From Candidatus Latescibacterota bacterium (GTDB lineage Bacteria > Latescibacterota > UBA2968), in the NCBI GenBank assembly GCA_965205975.1, contig OZ242195.1, positions 3,456,001 to 3,520,000 on the forward strand: 64,000 nt of DNA. The letters run 5' to 3'. The notes beneath the pieces were generated by a model, which made no database searches, was not told where the DNA came from, and worked only from the letters and a program-made list of their open reading frames with translations. Numbering within the stretch: the first letter of the stretch is position 1; every line of letters starts with the position of its first letter. Of this stretch, positions 1 to 10,395 are shown in pieces. The translations under genes were made by a program, and so were the position numbers.

Positions 1-355
1 CACTCACCTGCCAGCCCAACCCCAAATGCCACTTACCCACACACGCCGTCGTATAACCCTCATCGCGCAACAGCGACGGCACAGTCATCCGCCCATCTTC
101 AAGCAACGGCTCAGAATAACCATTCAAAACCCCGCGCTTCAACCGCGACCGCCAGCAATAGCGCCCCGTCATCACCCCATACCGCGTGGGCGTACACACC
201 GCAGAATTGCTATGTGCATCCGTAAAAATCATCCCCTCAGACGCGAGTTGATCTGTATGCGGCGTAGAAATCTTCGAATCGAGATTCAAACAACTCACAT
301 CTCCGTATCCCCAATCATCTGCCAACAGGTAGATAATATTTGGCTTGCGCATCAT
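1..355 (-). CDS. Arylsulfatase, 5' part only (runs off window start)
   Basis: Not in ORF track; manual translation MMRKPNIIYLLADDWGYGDVS...NSAVCTPTRYGVMTGRY...GYTTACVGKWHLG with CxPxR and GKWHL sulfatase motifs; GGGAG RBS upstream. Confidence 0.9.
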   Translation of the reverse strand, partial: MMRKPNIIYLLADDWGYGDVSCLNLDSKISTPHTDQLASEGMIFTDAHSNSAVCTPTRYGVMTGRYCWRSRLKRGVLNGYSEPLLEDGRMTVPSLLRDEGYTTACVGKWHLGLGWQVS

Positions 356-401
356 ACAAACTCCCTTCATAATAAAGTTCGCCTCTTTCCTAACCTTATA
401 A

Positions 402-557
402 CTAATGTTACGCATAGGCCATAATATAATGGGCCTGTCATTTTGAGCGGAGCGCAGCGAAGTCGAAAAATCTATTACCAACGCAGGTGGAACAGATGCT
501 TCGGCTCCGTTCCACTTCGCTCAGCATGACAAAAACGCCTGACATGCGTAACATCAG
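402..557. mobile_element. MITE-like element with an internal REP-like hairpin
   Basis: 14-bp terminal inverted repeats (CTAATGTTACGCAT / ATGCGTAACATCAG, 1 mismatch); 7-bp flanking direct repeat CTTATAA (395-401, 558-564); internal imperfect palindrome GTCATTTTGAGCG...CGCTCAGCATGAC. Confidence 0.75.
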
Positions 558-581
558 CTTATAAATAAACTCAGAGGTCCC

Positions 582-1619
582 ATGACACAACCCCATTTTC
601 TCCAAACACTCCAGCGCTCCAAATCCAACCCCCTCTTAACCATTGACGACATCACCTGGGACTACAAAAAAAAGCGATCCATCATGTTTCCCAGCGTCAT
701 TGATATGCACGACAAACTGGACAACCCCATTGATCGCTACTACATGTATCTCGCCTCACACGGCGGCAGAGAAATCGGCTTTGCAACCGCGCCAACGCTC
801 GAAGGCCCCTGGACAATGCAAAAAGAAGCCGTCCTCCACATCGACAATTGCCCCGCCGTCAAGGGTCACCTCAGCTCGCCCGAAATCATTTATTACAACA
901 ACCGCTTCATCCTCTACTACCACGGCGGCTGTCCGCCAGAAGTCCTCGAAGAACAAAACCGCCGAATGCCCACCCACTACTATCAACGCATCCAGAACTC
1001 AGGCGCAGCCACCTCAACCGACGGCATCCACTTCGACATACACCCCGACCCCCTCCTCCTCCCCATCACCACACCCGATCACTGGCGTGCGGCCACCAAC
1101 ATGTATCTGCGCGTCGTGCCCACAGAAAACGGATGCCACGGCTTCTTCATGACCATGAGCCGAGAAGAAGCGGATTACAATGGTGAAACCAAAAAACTTC
1201 CCAAAGAACAACGGAGAGGTCGCCCCCATCCCACAAGCATCGGCCATGCCTATTCACCCGACGGATTAAACTGGACCCTCGACGAAACCGGTGCCATCCT
1301 CACCGCCGAAGAAATATATGGGGAACACCAGCGCATTCGCCATATTGGATGCACGCTCATCGACGACACACACATCCTGGCGACCTATTCTTGCTTTGCC
1401 AACATCAATGCAACCTGTGAAAGCATCTTCGCTGCCACATTACAAATCAATGGCCAGGCGGTACGCCTTGTTCAAAAACACGGTACAATCTTAACACCTC
1501 AAGGGGAATGGGAAAAGCGAAATGTGCGCGACCCCTTTCCCATATTTCACGATAAAAAACTCTATCTCTATTACGCCGGTGGCGGAGAAAAAGGCATTGG
1601 ACTGGCTATCAGCGCGTAA
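582..1619 (+). CDS. Five-bladed beta-propeller glycosidase-like protein (GH43/GH130/GH32 clan-like)
   Basis: 345 aa; KSNPLL, YYMYLASH, SSPEI, SxDG repeats, WEKRNVRDP..LYLYYAGGGEKGIGLA. Confidence 0.65.
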   Translation: MTQPHFLQTLQRSKSNPLLTIDDITWDYKKKRSIMFPSVIDMHDKLDNPIDRYYMYLASHGGREIGFATAPTLEGPWTMQKEAVLHIDNCPAVKGHLSSPEIIYYNNRFILYYHGGCPPEVLEEQNRRMPTHYYQRIQNSGAATSTDGIHFDIHPDPLLLPITTPDHWRAATNMYLRVVPTENGCHGFFMTMSREEADYNGETKKLPKEQRRGRPHPTSIGHAYSPDGLNWTLDETGAILTAEEIYGEHQRIRHIGCTLIDDTHILATYSCFANINATCESIFAATLQINGQAVRLVQKHGTILTPQGEWEKRNVRDPFPIFHDKKLYLYYAGGGEKGIGLAISA

Positions 1620-1670
1620 TTGAACGCAAAAACATCATTTCTTTTATTGATTGTATAACACGAGGTATTC

Positions 1671-3115
1671 ATGCCCAACAAACCAAACATCCTCTGGATC
1701 TGCACCGACCAGCAGCGCTTTGACACCCTCGGCTGTTATGGCAACCCATTCGTACACACCCCCAACCTGGACCGCCTTGCCGAACAAAGCATCCTCTTTG
1801 AAACCGCCTTCTCGCAAAGCCCCGTCTGTACGCCCAGCCGATCCAGCTTCCTCACCGGACGCTACCCGCGCACCACGCGCTGCCGACAAAACGGCCAATC
1901 CATACCCGGCGACGAAATCCCCGTCACCAAACTACTTCACGACGCCGGATACGTATGTGGCCTATCGGGCAAACTCCACATCTCGGTCTGCAATCCCAGC
2001 GCGTGCCACGGCACAGAACGCCGCATAGACGACGGCTATGACCAGTTCTTCTGGTCGCACGACCCCGCCCCCAGATGGCCCACCAATGACTATCACCAGT
2101 GGTTGCGCGACAAGGGCCTGAAGCGCGATGTCCAGCCCTTCCCGATTCTCGATACGTACAGACACTCCCCTCGGAAGAACACAGCCAGACCACCTATTGC
2201 ATCCAGCGCGCCATCACCTTCATCCGCCGATGCGCTGAAGAAAACATGCCCTGGACCTTCTCCCTCAACCCATTTGATCCACATCACGCCTTTGATCCCC
2301 CGCGCGAAGACCTCGAACGCTACCGCGATATAATCGACGACATACCCCTGCCCAACTACGTCCAGGGAGAACTCGACGACAAACCCGTCTGGCAACGCAT
2401 CGATCACAGCGGCTCCTACGGCGGCAAAGGCATGTATGCCTACGATCAAATGACCGACACCGATCACCGCTGGGTCACCGCGGCGTATTGGGCCATGGTC
2501 GATGTCATCGACCGGCAGATCGGCCACCTGCTCGACTGCCTCGAAGAAACCGGACAGCGCGACAACACCTATATCATCTTCACCTCTGACCACGGCGAAA
2601 TGCTCGGCGACCACGGCATCTACCTCAAAGGTCCCTTCTTCTACGAACCCGCTGTACGCGTCCCCCTCCTCATCTCAGGACCCGGCCTTCGCAACGATGG
2701 CTCGCGATCTTATGCACTCGTCGAACTCGTTGACCTTGCACCCACCATCCTCGAATGGGTCGGCCTCGACCGCCATCCCGCCATGCAGGGCCGCACCCTC
2801 CAACCGCTCCTGAAAGGCGACGCGCCCCTCGACCAGCACCGCGACGACATCTACTGCGAATATTACAACGCCATGCAGGGCCACAAAAATCCGCCAGCCC
2901 ATGCCACCATGGTCCGCACCGACCGCTACAAACTCGTCGCCGCACACGGCACTGGCGGAGGCGAAGTCTATGACCTCGAAACCGACCCCACTGAAACGCA
3001 CAACCAGTGGAACAATCTCGACTACACCACCGTAAGACTCGACCTCATGACCCGCCTTGCCGACCGCATGGCCTGGACCGTCGATCCCCTGCCCCCGAGA
3101 GAAGCGGGATTTTAA
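1671..3115 (+). pseudogene. Sulfatase split by a single-base frameshift near 2135-2145
   Basis: N-half (PNILWICTDQQR, CTPSR, GKLH) in ORF 1671-2333 and C-half (DPHH, FTSDHGEMLGDHG, YDLETDP) in ORF 2099-3115; one extra C at CCCTTCCCGAT restores ...VQPFPDSRYVQ... Confidence 0.8.
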
Positions 3116-3128
3116 TAAGGAGCATTTC

Positions 3129-4913
3129 ATGCCCGAAACGCAGCCGCGCCCCGAACATCCCCGTCCGCAATTTCAGCGCACCACATGGTTGAACCTCAAC
3201 GGCATCTGGAACTTCGCCATTGACTCTGGAAAATCCGGCGAAGCCAAAGGCTGGCCCCAAAATCCCGCTGATTTAGACCGCGCCATCACCGTCCCCTTCT
3301 GCCCGGAATCCAGCCTCTCGGGCATACAACACACGGACTTCATGCCCTCGGTCTGGTATCACCGAACCCTCGACATCCCCGACGAATGGACGGACAAGCG
3401 CGTACTCCTGCACTTCGGCGCGGTCGATTACCACTGCAAAGCCTGGGTCAACGGTCGGCTCATCGGACAGCATTACGGCGGCAGTTCATCCTTCACTTAT
3501 GACATCACAGACGCACTCACGTCTGGCGCGAACCACCTCGTCGTCTGTGCCAATGACGACACGCGCTCTGGCGACCAGCCATCGGGCAAACAATGCCCCG
3601 ACCTCTATTCCCGCGGCTGCCACTACACGCGCGTCACGGGAATATGGCAAACCGTCTGGCTCGAAGCCGTACCCGAATCGCGCATCGAAACTGTACGCAT
3701 CGTACCCGACCTCGACAGCAGCCGCTTTATACTCACCCCCACATTCAAAAACGCGCATCGCGGGCACACCTTTCGCGCTGTCCTCCTCAACGGCAAAGAA
3801 GAAGTCGCGATCTCCACCATGCCCGCCACGAGCGGCGCTGCCATGTCCTTGCGCATCAAAAACCCACAACCCTGGTCGCCCGCCAACCCCCATCTCTACG
3901 ACCTCCGCTTCGAACTCTGCGATGGCGACACCACCATCGACACCGTCAACAGCTATGCCGGCCTGCGAAAATTTCACATCGAAGGCCACAAATTCTACCT
4001 CAACAACACCCCCATCTTCCTGCGCCTTGTACTGGACCAGGGATTCTATCCCGACGGAATATGGACCGCCCCATCCGACGAAATGCTCAAAAGCGACATC
4101 GAAAAATCGCTCGCTGTCGGCTTCAACGGCGCGCGCCTCCACCAAAAAGTCTTTGAAGAACGCTTTCACTACTGGGCTGACAAACTCGGCTATCTCACCT
4201 GGGGCGAATACTGCGACTGGGGCATGAACTTCGGCTCACCCCAATCCATACACAACCAACAGCGCGAATGGAGAGAAATCGTCCTGCGCGACCTCAACCA
4301 CCCCTCCATCCTCGCGTGGACCCCATACAACGAAACCCGAGGCGGCGCAACCAACCACTTTGAAGCACACCGCCGTGCCGTACAGGAAACCTACGACCTC
4401 ACCAGAGCACTCGACCCTTCTCGCCCCTGCCACGACACCAGCGGCTACGTACACGTCTGCACGGACATCTACACCGTACACGACTACGAACAGGACCCCG
4501 TCAAATTCAAAGCAACTTATGCACCCGTATCCCCCGACGACTGGAAAAACACCCCCATCCGCTTTCCCGAACTGAATGTGCCCTATCAGGGCCAACCCTA
4601 TGTCGTCGATGAATACGGCGGCACATGGTGGGACCCCAATGCCGTCGAAACAGAACAGGCCGCAGACCGCAAAAGCAGCTGGGGCTATGGCAAACGCCCC
4701 ACCGACATCGAAGAAGTGTATCACCGCATCGAAAAACTCACAGCCATACTCCTCAACCACCCCAACATCGCGGGGTATTGCTACACGCAACTCACCGACA
4801 TCGAACAAGAACAAAACGGCATCTACACCTACGACCGCCAGGAAAAATTCGACGCAAAACGCCTGAAAAAATACTTCGGCGCCCCCGCGGCGATTGAACG
4901 AATAGACGAATAG
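3129..4913 (+). CDS. Glycoside hydrolase family 2 (beta-galactosidase/glucuronidase-like)
   Basis: PRPEHPRPQF, LHFGAVDY, GIWQTVWLE, NHPSILAWTPYNE, DEYGG, YTQLTDIEQE; AAGGAG RBS before ATG 3129. Confidence 0.9.
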   Translation: MPETQPRPEHPRPQFQRTTWLNLNGIWNFAIDSGKSGEAKGWPQNPADLDRAITVPFCPESSLSGIQHTDFMPSVWYHRTLDIPDEWTDKRVLLHFGAVDYHCKAWVNGRLIGQHYGGSSSFTYDITDALTSGANHLVVCANDDTRSGDQPSGKQCPDLYSRGCHYTRVTGIWQTVWLEAVPESRIETVRIVPDLDSSRFILTPTFKNAHRGHTFRAVLLNGKEEVAISTMPATSGAAMSLRIKNPQPWSPANPHLYDLRFELCDGDTTIDTVNSYAGLRKFHIEGHKFYLNNTPIFLRLVLDQGFYPDGIWTAPSDEMLKSDIEKSLAVGFNGARLHQKVFEERFHYWADKLGYLTWGEYCDWGMNFGSPQSIHNQQREWREIVLRDLNHPSILAWTPYNETRGGATNHFEAHRRAVQETYDLTRALDPSRPCHDTSGYVHVCTDIYTVHDYEQDPVKFKATYAPVSPDDWKNTPIRFPELNVPYQGQPYVVDEYGGTWWDPNAVETEQAADRKSSWGYGKRPTDIEEVYHRIEKLTAILLNHPNIAGYCYTQLTDIEQEQNGIYTYDRQEKFDAKRLKKYFGAPAAIERIDE

Positions 4914-4992
4914 ACGAATAGACGAACCCCGCCCCACCACCCAAAGTCAGTGCTAATCCCGATTCGCTGATTCGTAGATTCGTAGATTCGCG
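4901..4992. repeat. Short tandem repeats (ATAGACGA)n ... (GATTCGTA)n forming a hairpin; related copy at 52805-52908
   Basis: Direct reading; same arrangement at both sites, both at gene 3' ends. Confidence 0.7.
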
Positions 4993-5009
4993 CTTTTACA
5001 GGAGACCCC

Positions 5010-6929
5010 ATGGACCCCCGATGGCAAAACCTCTCGCACACCAACACTGAATTTACGCCCGCAACATATCCCGACCGCGAAACCTGGGAACGAGAAAAGG
5101 CGAGACTCAAAAAGCAAATCCTCTTTGCCGCTGGCCTCTGGCCAATGCCCGAAAAACCCCCGCTCGACATCCACATCTACGACCGCATTGAACGAGACGG
5201 GTACACCATCGAAAAAGCCTACTTCCAGAGCTTGCCCAACTTCTACGTGGGCGGCAGCCTCTTTCGCCCCCTCAACCCACAACCCAAAAGCCACCCCGGC
5301 ATCTTAAGCCCACACGGACATGCACAACTGGGCCGCCTGCAACACGGGGACACATCTTACCCGGGCCGGGGCATCACCTTTGCCCGAATGGGTTGCACGG
5401 CCTTCATGTGGGACATGGTCGATTACAACGACAGCGCCCGACACCTCTCCGGCGCATACCAGGAAGAAACCTACAGTGTTGTACACCGCGCACCCTGGCC
5501 CCACAGACAGGACGACCGCATGCTCTGGAACATCGGCATCCTGGGCTTTCAACTCTGGAATAGCATCCGCGCACTCGACTTCCTCTGCGAACTCCCCGAA
5601 GTCGATACCAACCGCCTGGGCTGCACGGGCGAATCGGGCGGAGGCACCCAAACCTATAACCTCTATGCCGTTGACGACCGCCTGCACGTCGCCGCACCCG
5701 TCTGCATGGTTTCCGCCTACATGCAAGGCGGTTGTGTCTGTGAAAACGCCCCTCTGTTGCGCATCGACACCAACAACGTCGATATCGGCGCCACCTTCGC
5801 ACCCAAACCCCTCATTCTCGTCAGCTCTTCACAGGACTGGACACAACACACACCCGACGTCGAATACCCCGCCATCAAACGCATATACGACCTCTACGAC
5901 GCCGACGACCGCATCTCTCAAATCCAGATAGACGCGCCCCACGGCTACAATCTCGAAATGCGCGAAGCCGTGTACCGCTGGTTCGCCCGCTGGCTCGACC
6001 TGCCCTTTGGCGACGACTTCAGCGAACCCCCCTTTGAAGTTGAAGAACACAAAAACATGCTCGCCTTTTTCGATGGCCTGCCCGACGGCGCAATCACCCA
6101 ACACGAAGACCTCATCCGCCAGTGCATCGCCGCATCCAAAACAGCGCTGGAAACCTATCGCCCAAACACCCCCGACGCACTCGCCACAAATCGCCGCATC
6201 CTGGGCGAAGCACTGCGTATAACTGTCGGCTACGACCATAGCACCGTCACATATCAACACAACACGAAAGAAAACGGAACACTCATCGGCAACCGCCGCA
6301 ATGTGCGCGTCCCCATCCGCACCTTCACACCTGAATCCCCGTCCGACACATCCACCCTCTTAATCCACCCGCACGGCATGAACGCCCTGTACTCCCCCAT
6401 CATCCACGCCCTCCTCGACAAAAATCACACTGTCTATGCCATAGATCCCTTTGGCACGGGCCAAAACACCGGCCAGGAAAACCCCGAAGAACCGCGCGGA
6501 GGCGAGAACTTCTTCAACACCTTTAATCGCACCGACGACGCCGAACGCATATACGACATCGCACTCGCATTGCGCCACATACCCAGTGGCCCGGCAAACA
6601 TCGTCGGCTTTGGCAATGCCGGACTCTGGGCCATAATCGCAGGTGCAATCACAGAACGTACCAACCTGCAAATCGCATCCGACATCAACGCATTCAACAC
6701 CGCAACCGAGAACGATTACCTCAAACACCTGCCCATCCCCGGCATACTCAAAGCGGGTGGCTTGCCCAACGCCGCCGCGCTCATCACCCCAAATAACTTG
6801 CTCTTACACAACACGGGCGATACCTTTGACACCTCATGGGCAGAAGCGGCCTACGCGCTTCATCCCAAAGCGACCCTGACAGTAAAAAATGACCTTGCAA
6901 AAAACGATGACCTGATCGATTTCTTATAA
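5010..6929 (+). CDS. Alpha/beta-hydrolase, acetylxylan esterase-like, two-domain
   Basis: 639 aa; LSPHGH, RALDFL, GESGGG nucleophile elbow, GGCVCE. Confidence 0.8.
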   Translation: MDPRWQNLSHTNTEFTPATYPDRETWEREKARLKKQILFAAGLWPMPEKPPLDIHIYDRIERDGYTIEKAYFQSLPNFYVGGSLFRPLNPQPKSHPGILSPHGHAQLGRLQHGDTSYPGRGITFARMGCTAFMWDMVDYNDSARHLSGAYQEETYSVVHRAPWPHRQDDRMLWNIGILGFQLWNSIRALDFLCELPEVDTNRLGCTGESGGGTQTYNLYAVDDRLHVAAPVCMVSAYMQGGCVCENAPLLRIDTNNVDIGATFAPKPLILVSSSQDWTQHTPDVEYPAIKRIYDLYDADDRISQIQIDAPHGYNLEMREAVYRWFARWLDLPFGDDFSEPPFEVEEHKNMLAFFDGLPDGAITQHEDLIRQCIAASKTALETYRPNTPDALATNRRILGEALRITVGYDHSTVTYQHNTKENGTLIGNRRNVRVPIRTFTPESPSDTSTLLIHPHGMNALYSPIIHALLDKNHTVYAIDPFGTGQNTGQENPEEPRGGENFFNTFNRTDDAERIYDIALALRHIPSGPANIVGFGNAGLWAIIAGAITERTNLQIASDINAFNTATENDYLKHLPIPGILKAGGLPNAAALITPNNLLLHNTGDTFDTSWAEAAYALHPKATLTVKNDLAKNDDLIDFL

Positions 6930-7045
6930 AAAAAACCTTCTGGATTACTGGCGTTGTGCCTTCGGCGTGGCGGCTGACACCATACCGCGATGACGGCTTT
7001 ATAACACCTGAAAGCTGACCGCTGAACACAAACAGGAAAACAACC

Positions 7046-8281
7046 ATGAACGACCAGATGCAACACGCCCGCGACATTGCACTCGGCATCCTCAAACCGT
7101 CACAGCGCGACCTGGAACACGGCCTGGAACTTCACGAACACGCCCTCGTCATCGAATCCTACGGCCTGGGCCTGCGCTCACCCGTCGATCCCGACCCCGT
7201 CAACGCAGCCATAGCAGCAGGCGCGTCTGACCGCGAACTGCAAGACCTCACCGAAGACATGGGCATGACCCGCTGGGCACTCACACCCGAACTCCGACGA
7301 GAATACCGGGAAATCTGGCGTGCCTCTGGCGTCACCTGCACCTTTCAAAACGCAGGCGAAGAATGCAACGACCCCCTGCGCCTCATCAAACGCCTTGCTC
7401 GACACACGTACAACACCGACGCCATGCCCGACTTCCTCCAGCGCGCCACCACGCCCAACGACATCGTTGCAGCGCACAAAGCGGGCAAACGCTGCACCTA
7501 TCTCACCTGCAACGGCATCCCACTCGCCGGCGACCAGACCAACCCCGAAGAAGAACTGCGCTACATCCGCGTCTTTGCACAACTCGGCGCACGCATGATG
7601 CACCTCACGTACAACCGCCGCAACCCCATCGGAGACGGCTGTGGCGAACCCAACGACGCGGGCTTGAGCGACTTTGGACACGCCACAGTTGCCGAAATGA
7701 ACCGCCTCGGCATCATCATAGACATCTCCCACACCGGCTGGCAAACCTGCCTCGACGCGGCAAAAGCATCCGCACAACCCGTCGTCGTCAGCCACTCCGT
7801 CGCCTGCACCCTCAACGAACACATCCGAAGCAAACCCGACAACATCATCCGCGCGGTACTCGACACCGGGGGCACCATGGGCATCACCAATGTACCCGCA
7901 TTCCTCGGCGGCAGCGGCGACATCAGTGCCTTCCTCGACCACATCGACTACGTCGTCAAAACCTTTGGCACCGACGCCGTCACCATCGGCACGGACCGAG
8001 GCTACCCCTCTCAATACATCGCCGAAGCCAACCGCAAACTCAACCCCCGTCCCAGACAGCGCAACCGCTGGGAAGCACTCTGGCCACCAAGAGACCCGCT
8101 CCATTCCTCCGAATGGCGACAACCCCACCAGGAACAGAGCCTCACCTGGACCAACTGGCCCCTCTTCACCGTCGGCCTTGTGCAACGGGGCTATAGCGAC
8201 GACGACATCGCAAAAATCATCGGCGGCAACATCCTTCGCGTAGCACGAGACGTATGGAAAAACTCAGCTTACGCGGTCTAA
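7046..8281 (+). CDS. Membrane dipeptidase (peptidase M19) family protein
   Basis: LTYNRRN, GLSDFG, EMNRLGIIIDISH, SHS, DHIDY, IGTD, KIIGGNILRV. Confidence 0.88.
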   Translation: MNDQMQHARDIALGILKPSQRDLEHGLELHEHALVIESYGLGLRSPVDPDPVNAAIAAGASDRELQDLTEDMGMTRWALTPELRREYREIWRASGVTCTFQNAGEECNDPLRLIKRLARHTYNTDAMPDFLQRATTPNDIVAAHKAGKRCTYLTCNGIPLAGDQTNPEEELRYIRVFAQLGARMMHLTYNRRNPIGDGCGEPNDAGLSDFGHATVAEMNRLGIIIDISHTGWQTCLDAAKASAQPVVVSHSVACTLNEHIRSKPDNIIRAVLDTGGTMGITNVPAFLGGSGDISAFLDHIDYVVKTFGTDAVTIGTDRGYPSQYIAEANRKLNPRPRQRNRWEALWPPRDPLHSSEWRQPHQEQSLTWTNWPLFTVGLVQRGYSDDDIAKIIGGNILRVARDVWKNSAYAV

Positions 8282-8303
8282 TAAATAAAAAGGGAGGAAA
8301 ATC

Positions 8304-9431
8304 ATGAGCAAAGCGCGTCAAATCTACGAAGACCTGGGCGTTGTGCCTGTAATCAACGCATCGGGATATCAAACCGTCATCGGCGGGTCGCGTGTGGGCA
8401 CAGAAGTGCAAGCCGCAATGGACATAGCGAATCGCTACTTTGCGGACATGGAAGAATTGCTTAAAAAAACCGGCGCACTCATCGCCGACACCCTCGGCGC
8501 AGAAGCGGCAATGGTCACACCCGGATGCGCGGCAGCATTAGCCCTCAGTTCAGCCGCCTGCATGTCGGGCAGCGACCCCGAAAAAATGGAACAATTGCCC
8601 GATACAACAGGCATGAAACATCACATTTTGATACAAAAAAAACAGCGCTATCACTACGACCCGGTACTAACTGTTTTCGGCGCCAAACTCATCGAAGTAG
8701 GCGATGAAAACGGAACAACCGAAGCCCAACTCGAAGCCGCCATATCAGACCAGACCGCAGCCATCCACTATTTCGCCCCCGGAGGCCAGGCAGACGTCTT
8801 ATCACCCGAAGACGTCGTCCGCATCGCCCACGCCAACGGAATCCCCGTCATCGTCGATGCAGCCAGCCAGGTCTATCCCCTCGAAACCATGCTAAAATAT
8901 CCCGACATGGGTGCAGATCTGATCGGCTACGGCGCCAAATACATAGGCTCGTGTCACTCCACAGGCATCTTGTGCGGACGCAAAGACCTGATCGACGCCG
9001 CCTTTCTCCACTCCTTCATCGGTTATGAAACCAGCCCCTACGATACCATAGGCCGCCCGCTCAAAGTGGATCGACAAGAAGTCATCGCCGTCGTCGTTGC
9101 CCTGCGCGAATGGTTCAGCATGGACCACGAAGCGCGCCTATCCGGCTACAAACGCAAAGCCGAAGCGCTACTCTCAAACCTGAAGGACATCCCCCACATC
9201 ACAGCCAAATTCTCGGCAGACGCGCGCAGCCTGAGCAATGGCGTACACATCACAGTTGATGAAACCGCATTGGGCAAAACCGCGGTGCAAATAATCGAAG
9301 AACTTCGACAGGGCAACCCATCCGTATGGACACGCGGCAGCGCAAACACCTTTCGCGTCGCCGTAACCAATTTCATCGAAGACGACCAGGAAATCGTCAC
9401 CGCACGCCTGCGCGAAGTATTGACTAAATAA
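8304..9431 (+). CDS. PLP-dependent SelA-like / DgaE-family enzyme
   Basis: PVINASG..TVIGGS, AEAAMVTPGCAAAL, IVDAA, YGAK (PLP lysine), GILCGRKDLI, IGRPLKV. Confidence 0.85.
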   Translation: MSKARQIYEDLGVVPVINASGYQTVIGGSRVGTEVQAAMDIANRYFADMEELLKKTGALIADTLGAEAAMVTPGCAAALALSSAACMSGSDPEKMEQLPDTTGMKHHILIQKKQRYHYDPVLTVFGAKLIEVGDENGTTEAQLEAAISDQTAAIHYFAPGGQADVLSPEDVVRIAHANGIPVIVDAASQVYPLETMLKYPDMGADLIGYGAKYIGSCHSTGILCGRKDLIDAAFLHSFIGYETSPYDTIGRPLKVDRQEVIAVVVALREWFSMDHEARLSGYKRKAEALLSNLKDIPHITAKFSADARSLSNGVHITVDETALGKTAVQIIEELRQGNPSVWTRGSANTFRVAVTNFIEDDQEIVTARLREVLTK

Positions 9432-9454
9432 CTCGCCACACACATTCCCAACAC

Positions 9455-9490
9455 AAAAAACGCCATCAGCTATTTGCCGATGGCGTTTGT
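9455..9490. terminator. Intrinsic terminator, probably bidirectional; near-identical copy at 15037-15071
   Basis: AAAAAACGCCATC-AGCTATTTGCC-GATGGCGTTT hairpin between convergent genes at both sites. Confidence 0.8.
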
Positions 9491-9504
9491 GCTCATAACC
9501 TCTC

Positions 9505-10290
9505 TCAAGCCCGTGCGAGATCGCGATATGCCCTGAACAAATCTGAATAATAAGCCACAAACATCCACAGATCGCCCACCCCCTTATCGGGCCGTCGCTC
9601 TGTCTCTGCCGACATGTATCCCTCATATCCCTTCTCGTGCAACAGCCGGAACAACTCGCGATACGGATAGCCCTGTCCAGCCAGATCGTGCATATGCACG
9701 TGGTCCAGCCAGGGCCAAACCGTATCCAGCGCCTGTTTCACAGACCCATCAACCACATCTTGCGGCACCGAATTCCAGACCAACCCAAAATTCTCGTGAT
9801 CCACCTGCTCAGCCACTGCCCTGCACGCCTGCCAATCGAACTCCCCGTGCAACTCCAGACACGGCTTCACCCCCTTCTCAGCACCGTAATCACACAGCGG
9901 CTTCAGCGCCTCTGCCACCTGAGCAATCGTCTGTTCTCTGGGCACCTCTGCTGGAAAATTATTCCCAAACACGCGCACCCGAGGCGCACCCAGATCCGAT
10001 GCCAGATCCATCCGAACCATCGTCTGCTCAATATGATCCCGAAGATCATCCGAATTCGTATCGTGATACCGATTGCCCGTAGCAACACTCATAATATCGA
10101 TCCCCATCGCCTCGCAATCTGCCACCACCTGCTCTCGCTCTGATTCGTCAATCGACGCCTCCACCCCGTGCCCATGCCCCGCATCCGTCCGAAACTCCAC
10201 CCCTTCAAACCCGTGATCCTTCAACATCTGCAACAAATCCCGTCGGGAAAGCGCCTTCAAAACACCATAAGTCATCCACGAAAGTCTCAT
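9505..10290 (-). CDS. Sugar phosphate isomerase/epimerase (xylose isomerase-like TIM barrel)
   Basis: GFEGVEFR, VRVFG, LELHG, HVHMHD, MSAE; GGAG RBS before ATG 10290. Confidence 0.85.
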   Translation of the reverse strand: MRLSWMTYGVLKALSRRDLLQMLKDHGFEGVEFRTDAGHGHGVEASIDESEREQVVADCEAMGIDIMSVATGNRYHDTNSDDLRDHIEQTMVRMDLASDLGAPRVRVFGNNFPAEVPREQTIAQVAEALKPLCDYGAEKGVKPCLELHGEFDWQACRAVAEQVDHENFGLVWNSVPQDVVDGSVKQALDTVWPWLDHVHMHDLAGQGYPYRELFRLLHEKGYEGYMSAETERRPDKGVGDLWMFVAYYSDLFRAYRDLARA

Positions 10291-10395
10291 TCTGATTCTC
10301 CTATTAAATTGAAGTGGTACTCTATTGTTCACCCGCCTCGTTACCTATGCAGATCAGTGCGTCAATATAAAAGGCTGAAGGTAGGATGCGACAAC

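Noticed and set aside
26..424. Plus-strand 132-aa ORF and other long antisense ORFs (e.g. 7178-8185, 57437-58627, 59830-60885)
   Set aside because: Shadow frames of recognisable genes on the opposite strand
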